From assembly GCA_951406725.2 (NCBI GenBank), contig OX597816.1, positions 51,708,001 through 51,772,000 of the forward strand: a stretch of DNA of 64,000 nucleotides, read 5' to 3'. Made by a program: the position numbers and the translations under genes. Source of the DNA: Octopus vulgaris (Eukaryota). Shown here one piece after another: positions 1-13,467 of this stretch; the first letter of the stretch is position 1, and each line of letters opens with the position of its first letter. The notes beneath the pieces were generated by a model that did no database searches, had not been told where the DNA came from, and was given only the letters and a program-made list of their open reading frames with translations.

Positions 1-123
<123 letters not shown>

Positions 124-140
124 ATACATGTATATGCACG

Positions 141-233
141 TGGTGGCGCAATGGCTCAGTGGTTAGGGCAGCAGACTCGCGGTCGTAGGTTCGCGGTTTC
201 GATTCCCAGACCGGGCTTTATGAGTGTTTATTG
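141..233 (+). mobile_element. tRNA-derived SINE family B, head only (3' truncated)
   Basis: A-box-like tggctcagtgg and B-box-like ggtttcgattccc. The same head occurs on the minus strand at ~25818-25998 and ~48997-49192. Confidence 0.8.
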
Positions 234-235
234 CA

Positions 236-535
236 AAAGAAATTACTGGATAATTCCAGATCCCGGATTTCATGAAGGCAAAGTATTTTTTATACAAAGC
301 CAGAAATCCGTGATCTGGAATTTTTTTTTCTAGTTAATTTTATTCTCTGTTTTTCTCTTGGTGCTTTATGAACATTTAATGTGGCTTTAGAATCAAGTTT
401 TGACTGTTGTTTCCAGCGTGGAGGTATCTCTTATTAGATACCCTAAATTATAATTTTAAATAATTATTACCTTTGAAAAGTTTTATTCCCATTCTGGCCA
501 CCCGATAAGAGTTATATTTTAAATATCGAACTTAT

Positions 536-540
<5 letters not shown>
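236..540 (+). mobile_element. Penelope-like pLTR fragment with short 5' inversion and truncated hammerhead
   Basis: Inverted arms ttccagatcccggatttc / gaaatccgtgatctggaa. The + arm reads atga-aggc...gcc-a-GAAA-TC-cgt-GA-TC-tgga, which is the 3' part of an HHR. A T-rich body follows and ends in (TA)n. Confidence 0.5.
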
Positions 541-596
<56 letters not shown>

Positions 597-599
<3 letters not shown>

Positions 600-975
600 T
601 TATCAGTAATAATAAAGGGTGAAATTAATTAATTTGGAATAATTATCAATTACACCAAGTAGATTTCGGCATGTAAAAGCCCCATTCGAGGAAAATTTAA
701 GTAATACTAAGTAATTAAGGGTTTAGCAACGAATTGCCTCACCAACACACCGAATTTAGAAATAGCAGTCAAAGAGATATAGCTATTCCTTCTACTAAAA
801 GGGGGATCTCAGTAAAAACACAGCACCTGTCTGTGTTTGCCTTTCAAGTGCTGTGTTTATACTGAGATCCCCCTTTTAGTAGAAGGAATACTATATCTCT
901 TTGACTCTATTTCTAAATTCGGTGTGTTGGTGAGGCAATTCGTTGCTAAACCCTTAATTACTTAGTATTACTTAT
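597..975. mobile_element. Fold-back element between (TA)n tracts, probable inverted PLE pLTR
   Basis: ~130-bp near-perfect inverted arms (about 698-827 and 848-974) with a ~20-nt loop; TA repeats flank both sides. Confidence 0.6.
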
Positions 976-998
976 ATATATATATATATATATATATA

Positions 999-1548
999 AT
1001 AGAAATATTAAAATTACTAAGTCTCTCTAAAGGAGATTACGGCAGCATTACTGGATATTAATAGTTATCGCCATACTAATATGGCAGTCCATAAATATAA
1101 GACTAAAGCTGTCGCTGATTAGCTCCAAGAGGCCATCGCCTCTAGCTAGCTATACGACACACGAACCTGCGTCCATTACAACCTTCGAACAGGGGTGGTC
1201 AGCCGATTCACCTTGCTAGTCAGACATCTGCAGACATGTTTCAGGGTTGTTGCCCTTTATCAATGCAGCGTAGTCAAACCCAGCAGGTGTCGCTACTGAC
1301 CGTCTGTTCGAAGATTTTATTTACCTAGTTACAGTGGAATACATCCACTTGTTTTCAATTATAGAAATATTAAAATTACTAAGTCTCTCTAAAGGAGATT
1401 ACGGCAGCGTTACTGGATATTAACAGTTATCGCCATACTAATATGGCAGTCCATAAATATAAGACTAAAGCTGTCGCTGATTAACTCCAAGGGGCCATCG
1501 CCTCTAGCTAGCTATATGACACACGAACCTGCGTCCATTACAGCCTTC
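999..1548 (-). mobile_element. Retrozyme-like / PLE pLTR tandem element, ~362-bp unit, about 1.5 copies
   Basis: 999-1186 is repeated at 1361-1548 with high identity. It contains an intact HHR and abuts (TA)n. A homolog lies at 58973-58987 plus 60271-60712. Confidence 0.85.
1228..1268 (-). ncRNA. Type I hammerhead ribozyme, U3-A8 core variant
   Basis: Minus strand: CTGCA-TTGATAA-AGGG caacaa CCCT-GAAA-CATG-TC-TGCAG. Stems I and II pair perfectly, stem III is the palindrome ACATGT, and the cleavage triplet is GUC. Confidence 0.88.
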
Positions 1549-3806
1549 TACTACTACTTAAAATGATATAAGCATCGTTTTCAGTCGACAGTGGTGGTGT
1601 ATATTTGCAGTTATTAGCACTACGTCAGAGACGGAATTGACAGTGTGTGTAGTTCTTATCGTGCGTTTGCTTTATTCGGGTAAACGTAGAACGAATACAA
1701 AACAATAACAACATCTAAACAAAAATTGTTTTAGCAGTAAAAAAATGCAAAAAGACAAGCTACTTCTCTTAATGTTAAACAATATAATATTTTTGGGTAA
1801 GAAAGTAAAATTGATCATACTTAGATTTTTTGAAACAAGAAACTAATCTGAGATAATTGCGATAAAAAAGAGAAAAAAAAATATAATGTATATTTAGTCT
1901 GAAATTAGCAATATCACATCTTGCTTTTTAGTTCCAGTAAATTTCACTCTATAATCCTTATATAAATTATACCTCGAAAATATAAAGAAAAGTTGATATC
2001 TTATCGACTGAATAGAATTTCTAGCCTTAAGTTTGCTCAGTATTATTATTAGTTTAGAAAATCCAATTTGCTCTCTTTCCTTTTTGATGTAGATTTCAAT
2101 TCAGACTCCTATCAAAAGTTCTTTATACTGTTTTATTTTTTTCTGTTCTCTTTTCAATATACGTTTCGCTTTGTACTTTTGTCTGGTTTAGTATTTCGCT
2201 AATGTAAAATCAAATAAATGTATTATAGGAATTTAATCCAATTAGCAATTACACCTCTCAGTATTTTATCGTCTTTTGATATTTTCTTTGGACTTTACGC
2301 GTTGTACTAGTAAATGTTGATAGATTTTCTTTGGGGATTTATTTTCAACATTGAACTGCCGAGTTTTCTTTTGAATATATTAAATATTCCTTTAGGCTGT
2401 TTTAGGTGCTTTAGGTTGTCGTCTTTTTTATCAGTACTCACACATTTCCACATAATGATGATACTTCGTCCAATTTCACATTATCACTAAATGTACGAAG
2501 CGAATCTATTCTTCCTTGAAGGAAAGATTTATGCTCCCTTCGTAAAAGGAAGCGCAATCAGGAATATTTAGTACAATGGCCTGAGCGATTAAGAATAATG
2601 TAGTCCATTCTATTAATGACATATTATAGAAATGCACCACTACATGTAAATGGTTACCAAAGAGCGACAGTTCAACAATCAAAAGAATAAGATCACACCC
2701 TCTAGATTTTCAATGATTTACTAACTCTTACTTTATCTATCGTGTAAACTGGAGATATCAACGGAAATACGATTTCAGTTCTTTTGTATCATTCATCCAT
2801 ATAATTTATAAGCAATGTGTCAGAGATCTTGTTTCAATTTCACGTTTGGGTTTCAGCTTCATCTATCATAACTAACATGTATCTCTCGGAACAATGAGCC
2901 GGTATTAAGAAATTTAAATTTAATATTCAATCACATCGATTGAATCACATCATAATCATCCGACCTTTCAACAATATTAGCTTTGATTTTGCTTCAGTAT
3001 AAACTTCAAAGATTTTGAAACGTTCACTGAGAAAGCTAATTTACATATGACGCCACATTTCAATGATTAACATTAGCACAACAGTGTTTTTATTCAGCAA
3101 TTATCTTATATCAAAGAACAGGACAAAACTTCAACATTAACGGCGAATTAATTCGAAATAAACGCAAGCTATAATATTAGTGTAGAAGAAAGCATCTAAT
3201 TTTGAACAGCGTCCAAATCTCCTGTCATTTTAACTTCAGTGCATATTAACCATAGCATAGAAAAACTGCCAGAAACTTCTACAGTGAAAGCAATAGTACA
3301 GCCAACTTTTACATCACATGACAACTGACTGCAAGTAAAGTCTATTCAAATCGTCTGTACATGAACTTTTCGTTAATCAACACAAGCAAATAGATTTCCC
3401 CTTCTAGTCATAGTTCAGAGTAAAGTGCCTCGATGTCTGTTTCTTAAATAATTTACGTCGACATGATAATCTAAGGAATAACTGACGAATTTCAATTTAC
3501 CATCTTAGATATGGATTTGTCTGAGACTGTGCTAAAAATATTTCACGCCACCAGCTGGTAATCTAGGATGGATATATTTAAGTACACATAACGAATGCGA
3601 ACAAACACCGACCAAGCCCTCATTGACCTTGTAGGCATGTAGTATACAAAGAAGCCATTAAGTAATCGAATGGATTCTGCGCGACTTTATATAAAGTAGT
3701 TTCAGGCAGCTATCAGAACATTTGTTGAAAATAGCAGAACAACCAGCTTGCACATATGTGCATACTTTGAGGTAAACAATGTATTTTATACACACACACA
3801 CACACC

Positions 3807-3868
<62 letters not shown>

Positions 3869-4799
3869 CATGTATGTATATTTGCAAGCATGTATATGTT
3901 TATGTATGTATGATAAATGCGAAATTCAAATACAGAGAACAATGACAAACTTTAAGAATGTATAAAACGAAAACATTTGTGAAGTTTTACATACAAATAT
4001 TTAGGTACAATGAACACATTCAGCACTGTATGCAAAGATGTTAGTACAAAATGCATGTGTGAATGTATGTGGACATATCAGAGGCACAGAGAGAGAGGTA
4101 AACAAATAGACAGAGAGAGAGAGAGAGCTAGAAAGACAAAGAGAGAGAATGGAGGGGAGTGAGGGATGTGTTATCATATGTGAACCCAAATATAGAATTT
4201 ATTATTGCTAAACAAAACAACATATTTAGGCATGAGAAAAATAGAATCCGAAATAAAACTATGCTAGATTGTGAAAAAAACATTTATTCTTCCATTTTCT
4301 TTTTCGGTAACATAGGCAAATAAAATATCTAACTTTATCCCTGAAAAACATCTTATAAAATAATAATAATAATAATAATAACAAACCAAAAGTTTCTTTG
4401 AAGAATAAGCGGCAAATGAAACAAGACCTCTCACAAATAGATCCACCAATGTCTGTATTCATATATTCATGAAAAGGACTGAAATGTGATTATTCATAGG
4501 AAGGAATCAAATGTGATTAATTTAAAGCGGAGGGAATTGTGCTACAGAAATGAGATTTTCAATTGCACGTGTATATATTATTTTCTTGTCTATTTGTTAG
4601 GCTCTCGTTGTCTATACTTGTGATCTTATTCATTATTCTGAAGCTGCTTCTTCAAGGTCCTACATGTGAACATTGTTCGCACACACATAATTACGGGCAC
4701 ATCCACACAAATGCACACTCTCATATGCACACATACACAGGCACACACACACATATACACACATATAAATACATACATGCACACACACACATACATACA

Positions 4800-4834
<35 letters not shown>

Positions 4835-4844
4835 TTACAGACAT

Positions 4845-4883
<39 letters not shown>

Positions 4884-5082
4884 TTACAGACATAAAAATG
4901 CCAGAATTCTAAATATATGTGTGCATGTTTACAAGCGCGGACACATACACTCTCGCACACACGCACACACACACGCATGCACGTTCAAACACACATTCAC
5001 ACGCCGCCATACATCACACACATAAATAGATAGATAAATAAATAGATAGATAGATAGATAGATACATACATACATACATACA

Positions 5083-5114
<32 letters not shown>

Positions 5115-5759
5115 CACATACATAGATTAACTAGAGTACCAGTTAGTTCTTAGCCCCTATTTCCAGATTTCGTTACTTGTGGTCTTATTCATTATTCCGA
5201 AGCTACTGCTCCAAGCTCCTACATGTGAACGTACTTCGCACACACATAAATACGGGCACATGAGATGGTTTTTGCAGCCCATTCTCAGTGCCATATATTC
5301 ACATATTTTCAAAAGATGACCAGAAAGGGAAAGGCTTGCCGAAGATACCGAGGACAAAGAAATCCCTCTTCTCGATCTGCCCAATACAACATCTGTCAAA
5401 TGAAACATAACTGCCTTGTACTAACAGATGGACTGTACTGAATTCAATGTTTCTATATATGAAGTATAATATCTTAACGATGGATTTCGAAGTGTATTAC
5501 GCTACAAATAATAGAGTGTAAAATATTAGGTTAAGGAACCCCTTGGATGTAAAAGTAAGTCGAATGTTGCGGATGAGATCCAACCAGAACACACGTTTTG
5601 CAAACATGACAGAAGTTTTATCAGGTATAACAAAGCACCTATTCGAATTTTCTTGAACCATTTCAGAAACTTCATTTTGTGTATAAAGTATTGTATGTTA
5701 TTTACATTATCAGAATTTAGATACACAGGGAAAGGATATCATGGGAATTCGTAATGGAG

Positions 5760-5794
<35 letters not shown>

Positions 5795-5799
5795 TTATC

Positions 5800-6010
5800 T
5801 ACTGACATTGATCTAAAATTTTGGCACATTACCATCAATTTCGGGAAGGGGAAAGCCAACTGCATCGACCAAAGAGCTCACTTGTTGTTTATTTTATCGA
5901 TCCCAAAATGATAAGAGCAAAGTCAACATCGGCCGAATTTAAACTCAATGAGAAGACGGTCGAAATGCAGTTAAACATGTCGCCCAGTGTACTAACAATT
6001 CCACCAGCCT
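5800..6010 (-). mobile_element. SINE family C, diverged copy
   Basis: attttatcgatccc...gcaaagtcaac...cgaatttaaactca...ccaccagcctgc matches the reverse complement of 41081-41300. Confidence 0.65.
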
Positions 6011-6235
6011 GCTGCTTTGTTTGAATACTAATATCAATGATCGAATTTATGTTAAATTACTTGCAAAAGCATTTTAACAACCAAAAGTGGAGAGTTACTC
6101 AAGATTTATAGTTGGATACATATCTAATAAAGTTTTTTAAAAAAATTATGAGAGTGACTACCATGTTTCGGCTTCTTAACCATCATCACGTCAGCCAAAA
6201 TTTTGAAGGCCATGTCAATCTCTTCTATGTATATA

Positions 6236-6615
<380 letters not shown>

Positions 6616-6616
6616 A

Positions 6617-6936
6617 TAGAAGAAATGAGGTAATCAGGATGGATGGTTCATATTTATAGATATTTATTTATATATTACATTTTTTACATATGTCATATCA
6701 TTCAGATCATATCATTCAGATTATTAGCGCTTTCTCCCATTCTAGCGGGGTTTTCAAATCTTGATTTGAAAACCCCAATAGAATGGGAGAAAGCGCTATT
6801 AATCTGAATGATATGATATATATATGTAAAAAATGTAATATATAAATAAATATCTATAAATATGAACCATCCGATCTTCTGATTACCTCATTTCTTCTAA
6901 TATATAATGCCTGTACATCATCTCCAAACCTTCCAA
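6617..6936. mobile_element. Fold-back PLE-like pLTR with back-to-back hammerhead motifs
   Basis: Inverted arms 6617-6760 and 6763-6899 with a 2-nt spacer. Each arm starts gat-TTGAAAA-ccc...ggg-a-GAAA-GCGC-TA. TA tracts flank the element. Confidence 0.75.
6763..6804 (+). ncRNA. Hammerhead-like motif, U3-A8 core; mirror copy at 6719-6760 (-)
   Basis: TTGAAAA core, ccc/ggg stem II, GAAA and palindromic stem III AGCGCT. Stem I is truncated at the inversion junction. Confidence 0.6.
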
Positions 6937-6977
6937 TATATATATATACATATATATATATGTATATATATATATTT

Positions 6978-7048
<71 letters not shown>

Positions 7049-7197
7049 TTCGCACACACATGGATACACACATGCATCGCTAGTCAGAATCGCCAATTAA
7101 TCGAAAATAATGCTTACAGTGCAATTCTTAACTTGTAGATTTTAATAACAGTTATTATTATTGTATGCGTATATTTACACTTATATGGTGTGTATAG

Positions 7198-7261
<64 letters not shown>

Positions 7262-7614
7262 GTGTGTGTATGTGTGTGTGTGTGCGTGTGTGTGTGTGCA
7301 TGCTTACCGAGGTATAACTATGTTATTAAAATTTTGGGAATTGAAGTGAAAGCATATTTTTCGATTAATTGGCTGAATTAAAGATCTCTATATTGCAAAT
7401 AAACTCTTCAAACTGGATGTATAAATTCCTAGTTGCTGAAATCGATTTGCTTTTCAAGCTGTCATAACCAAACGTAACACATAATCAGGACTAGCCTCTA
7501 ACACACATGTTTTTTTCTACAAGTAGTCCGTTCTTATTTGTTGACGTCAAATATGCTTATTCGGAAGAATTCTTGAGAAGAATGAGTAAAAAATTACGAC
7601 TATTTATATTATAT

Positions 7615-7790
7615 GTATTACTCGTTTCAGTCATTGAACTGCAGCCATACTGGAATTTCGGTTTGATAGGTTTGGTCGATCAAGTATTCGTGTTTTGTAG
7701 CCCACTACTTCTTGTTTAGTAGCTTTTTATAGTTACATAAACAAAGCTGTACCGGTTGTCAACCAGTGGAGGAAATACACACAAACGCAC
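7615..7790 (-). mobile_element. SINE family A, diverged 3' half
   Basis: gtttcagtcattgaactgcagccatactgga...accggttgtcaa matches the reverse complement of the SINE A tail. Confidence 0.6.
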
Positions 7791-7994
7791 GCGCGCACAC
7801 ACACATACAGAAACACACACAAACATACATACATACATAGATGTGGATATACATATACATAGATATATACATACGCATATATTATCTACATAAATGAGTA
7901 TATATATATATGTGGGTATGTTTATGCATGTACATATTTATGTGTGTATATATATATGTGTGTATATATCCATATATAAATATATATAAGTATC

Positions 7995-8046
<52 letters not shown>

Positions 8047-8181
8047 GCTGTGGTTTCGTGGTGAAAAGCTTACTTCCCAACCACACGGTTCTGGGTTCAG
8101 TCCCACTACGAGTACCTTAGGATAATGTGTCCTACTTTAGCCTCGACCAGCATGACCAGAGCCTTATGAATGGATTCGGTA
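8047..8181 (+). mobile_element. SINE family A, 5' half
   Basis: aaccacacggttctgggttcagtcccact...gccttatgaatggattcggta. Confidence 0.8.
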
Positions 8182-8275
8182 TGTGTGTGTGTGTGTTTGT
8201 ATGTACACACAACCACACACACACGCACGCACACACACGCACATACACGCACACACACACACATATATAGATATA

Positions 8276-9157
8276 CAAGGTCTGATCAATTGTATCCAGA
8301 CTGTTGCCATCTTCAGGCACGCAGAGTGAAGCCGTTCGGCAGATTGACCTTGAACGCTGTTGTGCATAAGCAGTATGTTTTAACGTTCTAGCTCACTTCC
8401 GTTGTTTACAGCAGTGCTTGGAAGGAAGACGTGTACCATGTGATCGTCGCATTGACCATGATAGAGGAAGTTGTCAAGGCGGTACCTGCTCAGATGCAAA
8501 TATTTAGAAAGTGTATGGAGAGGAGTGTATGAGCCGCACACATGTGTACGAAAACTTCAGAGATTTCCAAGACGGCCGTAAAAATGTCCTGACTGACGAA
8601 CGTTCTAAGAGACACAACCAGCAGAACTGAGAAAAACATCACAATTGTTCGTACAGGTGTGAGGGGATTGTTCGTACAGGTTATCTTCTGATAACCTATG
8701 GATGGTGATCCAATCCGTGGGTTATCAGAAGATGTGCAGATTAGTTACAGTTCAATTTAGTCCATGGTCATTGAAGATTTGGGTATGAGACGCGTGTCTG
8801 CCAAGTTTGTGCCAGAACTGCTTTCGGCTGACCTAAAAGACACTCCGGTTTCAGTTGCATAAGATATACATTGTTTCGCGAACAATGGAAACATTTTGAA
8901 AACTTTGCGTAGGTCTCTGAGCAGATATCGCCAAACTTTTGGCAAATTTGATGCTCAACTTTCTCTGCCATGTTCAGTGCGACGATCACACACTATACAC
9001 CTTCCTTCCAAGCACTGCTATAAACAGTGCAAGTAAGCTAGAACGTTAAATCTTAGCACAGCAGGGTTCAAGGTCAATCTGTGCCATGTGGCTTGATTTT
9101 TGTGTGCTTTAAATTCGTGCTATGTAAACAGTCCGGATACTTGATGATCAGACCATG
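8276..9157 (+). mobile_element. Non-autonomous mariner element with decayed transposase
   Basis: TA flanks and terminal repeats CAAGGTCTGATCA...GACTGTT. Peptide remnants VYGEECMSRTHVYENFRDFQDGR (HTH region) and LGMRRVSAKFVPELL (WVPxxL-like linker). Confidence 0.9.
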
Positions 9158-9319
9158 TATGATATATGGTTTGCGCCTGAAGAATGCTTTAGTGTTCTCA
9201 ACACAGGCAACTACTTATAGCGCTTTAATACATGTATTGTGATCTTTAAATAAATATTATTTATCTCTCAACAAATGAAGTACTTCTTTTGTTGAATTTT
9301 CTATCAAGGATCACTACAT

Positions 9320-9403
<84 letters not shown>

Positions 9404-9446
9404 GACAGAGACAGAGAGAGACAGAGAGATGCAGAGAGAGAGATGG

Positions 9447-9527
<81 letters not shown>

Positions 9528-9530
9528 TGT
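9320..9530. repeat. Compound microsatellite (TA/GA/GACA/GATA)
   Basis: Direct reading. Confidence 0.97.
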
Positions 9531-9544
9531 GTGTGTGTTTATAT

Positions 9545-9690
9545 TGGTGCATGTTTGTTCCCCGCCACTACTTATGTACCTGCGCTGGTGTGTTAACCTC
9601 CCAAATTAGCAATTCGGCAAAAAAAACCCCGATAAAATAAGATCCAGGCCTTAGAAAAATAAGTCCTTATGGTCGATACACTGGACAAAA
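9545..9690 (+). mobile_element. SINE family A, diverged 3' half
   Basis: gctggtgtgttaacctccc...ttcggcaaaa...ccgataaaataag...aataagtcc...ggtcgat. Confidence 0.6.
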
Positions 9691-10313
9691 ATATCCTATA
9701 CTTATAAGCATGCGCAAGCTTATATGCATAAAGACGCTGAAGTTATTTTGATGAACATCTATTATATGCAATCAAACATCCTAAATACTAAATATGCACG
9801 ACGTCAGTCTGTGTACAAGTCTAATTACAAAAGCGGTGGCCGGAAAAGTGTTGCAAAATTCTGCAGAATTGTGCTATTAGCTTTCCTTTGTGGTTGTTGA
9901 GAGATAACTTTGTAAATAAAATTCCACAATCGATTTGGAAACATATTTTCGCGAGCTAATGGCTGCATGGACTATCTTGATACAGTAAATGATTCTCTAG
10001 AAAATAGATATAAGAATATGTCGACATTCAAATCGATTAAGCGTTCAAAACTGCAGTTTGCTTCGCGTGACCAGACACGCACACACACACAAACACACCG
10101 CACGCACAATCTCATACACAAACACACACATAACACTCAATCACATACACATACATATGTGCATATATCTATATTCATATCTATCTATATATTTATCTAT
10201 CTATATATATATACATACACACACGCATATATATATATACATGTATATGCATTTATATATATGAAGATATACATACATACATACATACATACATACATAC
10301 ATACATACATACA

Positions 10314-10349
<36 letters not shown>

Positions 10350-10570
10350 TAATCAGCCCTTGAACAATGTCTGGTACGATGTAATAGTACGCCTTTGATG
10401 CAAGTCTGAGGAAGGGCTTCTCCAATGCCAAAAACCGCAAATATTGCGTAATCTTTCTTATTGAATTTTCGCCTAAACTGGCGTTGCAAATGGAGATGGT
10501 ACGGAAACACTTGTAACTTATAGCAGAAGATGTGTTGAAGAATTTTCTTCGTATTCTTCATTTCATTTGA
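10350..10570 (-). mobile_element. Possible Tc1/mariner transposase relic
   Basis: KKILQHIFCYKLQVFPYHLHLQRQ resembles the KIL...L.xFPYKxQL segment of Tc1/mariner transposases; weak. Confidence 0.3.
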
Positions 10571-10749
10571 TTATTTACTCTTTACCAAACAATATGGCGG
10601 TATAATCATCGGGGAACTTGGATTCTCTCCACCAGACAGTATTGATAGCTCAGTTTCGGGTTGAGTGCTTCTCTGCAAATACCCCAGCTTCACACCCAAC
10701 TGACTTTAGCCATTTACTCTATGCCAAATATAAACTGTGTATATTCGAA

Positions 10750-10794
<45 letters not shown>

Positions 10795-11129
10795 ACTCGA
10801 AGCAGTGTGTTCTTTTGCGAGTTCGAACACCATTATCGCTATATAGGTTTGAAAATGGAAGCCACCGGCAGGTTCGGAAGTATAACGAGTTGAATATAGA
10901 GCGTAGCTGTATGCTTCTTTATAAAATGAGCATGTTTTTTCATCGTTAATTAATATTAAATTGACGCTGATATAGCAGATAAAACGTCTAAAGCGTTTCA
11001 TATATAACTATTCAGGCTTTCTTACTGCGTATTTCTCTAATGTGTTCTTGCAAATTTTATAGCAATATGAATCGAATGAGCAGAGATTCAACTACTGTAT
11101 GTACCAGTTCTAGTCACTACGCACACGGT

Positions 11130-11290
11130 ATAAAATTTTGATGCAGGGCCAGCAAATTCAGGGTAGGGGAATCTGTCGATTTCAACGACCCCCACCGTTC
11201 AACTGGTACTGATTTTTCTTCCTCTAAATAAATGAAAAGCAAAGTCGGCTCTTGTGACATATAAATTCAGAACGTAAAGTCGGAAGAAGA
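11130..11290 (-). mobile_element. SINE family C, diverged copy
   Basis: gtcgatttcaacgaccccc...aactggtact...atgaaaagcaaagtcggc...aaattcagaacgta. Confidence 0.6.
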
Positions 11291-13217
11291 GCGGTAATGA
11301 CTTTCATGATCCCATTGAAAAGCAGCTGATGAGTGCACATTGGGGTTAATAAACAGGCAGTATCAGAATCAGACGTTTTTATGTTTTTGTTTTTTTTTGC
11401 TTTTAGAAATATGAAATGCAAAAGATACAGGAAGTGATACAGTGCTTTGCAAATATTTTAACAGTTTTCCCTAAATCTGGGGTTTATTTTCGATTTTGGA
11501 TATTAAGCGACACTTGAGAGCATGCTCAATGCTGTGTTCACATCTGTGTTTCCTATTGAGTCAGTAACCGGTGTAAACCAAGTGTTGTTTTCTTTTTATT
11601 ACCCTACATTTTCATTATTTTTATGCCAAATTGTAATATATGGGAAACTAATTTTGATTCACGGTACATAGCAGGTATGGTTCACGTGTTGAAAATTGAA
11701 CTGCATATACACACACACACGCACACACACGCACGCACATATAAGTTATACCTACGGTACATATTCATGGATGTATGTGTAGATACAACAGCTAACAGAA
11801 ACAAGTAGGCCAATTGCTTTTAGCTAATGCTATGAATTCTTTATTACCATACCAGAATGATACAGGAGATTGATAAATTATGGGAATCATTGAAACGAAA
11901 AAATACGTTGACTTAATTAAATCGATATTTAGAAACACATGCGATAATTTAAGATAAGGTTCCAGCGGATAACTGCCTTACAGCTAATATTTTACTCCAT
12001 CAGATATTTTCTCTCAAAATATTTTTTTTCCAAATGGCAGAATCATCACCATCATAACATTAGTACTTTCATTCCGTGTTCTAGCTTCCACTTAAACGCT
12101 TTATCTTGATGTCAATTTTATCTAGAAATTATGATAGTGAAAAACACGTCAACAAATATAAGAAATGAACAGAATTCTTGCATTTTCTTAGCGGAAAAAT
12201 GACGCAGTAAAATGAAATTAATGATAATATATCAGTGTGTTAGAGATAGCATCATATGATTTACTCGGAGATTAATGTAGAGTTGGTGTAAACATTATAA
12301 CATACAATGCATATCAAAACATGCAGTTGAGAGAATGTGATTACACTTTGAAAATATCAATTAGTATTGGAAACAACATTCGAATTATCAAAATAAATAT
12401 ACGAATATGAATTAATAAAATAAATCTGACAACAACGGTAAAGCAAAATAAATATTTGAAATAGCTGTCGAGATTTCAAAGAAGATCTGTATTGAGAAAA
12501 CCTCCAAGAAGACAAAATTTTCGAACATTAAATTCGTGAATTAAATACTGTGAAAAAATATGCTGCGTTCATAATGGAAGATTATATAAATTTTAGTTTT
12601 CAGTTTTAAGTTTATATTAAGAACATAAATTTTTAAAACAAGCATTAAAATGCTCCTAATAATGATAGCAATATAACTTAAGCAAATATAATACTTGGAA
12701 GAAATCTAAAAATATATTTTAAAGCTTGTGCAATCTTGGGATTTTGTACAATACATTTAATAGAAAATATTTATACAATAATCGACTCTGCGTTTCTACT
12801 GAAATTCAAATGAAAAGTAATCTAAACTGGTTTACATGCAATAGCAAATGCACATTTATATGTTTTCATACAATAAAGTCGGAAAAGTGAAACGCAATAC
12901 ACCTATTTAGATGTTATATACTTATAAAAATATTTAACTGAGAATTATCTGTAACGAAAATAAAAGACTAAAAGAGAAAAAGAAATGTCCATTACAGGAA
13001 GCATTTTAAACACTATTTCTGGTCATGCAATAACATGTAATCATATGAAGTTACATAATGGCGGTATTATGAATGTTCTGAGAAATTTGGTTGATGTACT
13101 GAGATGTTGTTTAACAACCATTAGATTTATCTATAGCATAAATCAAAAGCATTTTGTGTACGTGATTGACTGTTTTTAATACATAACAAATTTATATGCA
13201 CAAGCACGTATATACAT

Positions 13218-13280
<63 letters not shown>

Positions 13281-13408
13281 CATACATATATGTGTGTGTG
13301 CGTGTGTGTGTTAAAAGTTTGACGAATTCGCAAGTGAGGCTAACCCACTGGGGGATATAGTTTGATCCTTAAACCTAATGTTTCCATAGCTCCATGAAAA
13401 TAGGAAAC

Positions 13409-13467
<59 letters not shown>

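Noticed and set aside
141-215. tRNA gene
   Set aside because: Stems are imperfect and the sequence continues into a SINE body found elsewhere in the window.
6160-6192. Hammerhead-like motif on the minus strand (gTGATGA...GAAACATGg)
   Set aside because: C3 and U16.1 are both missing and there is no convincing stem I; at most a decayed copy.
10990-11020. CTGAATA...GAAAC flanked by aaagc/gcttt on the minus strand
   Set aside because: Core mismatch, weak stem II and no stem III.
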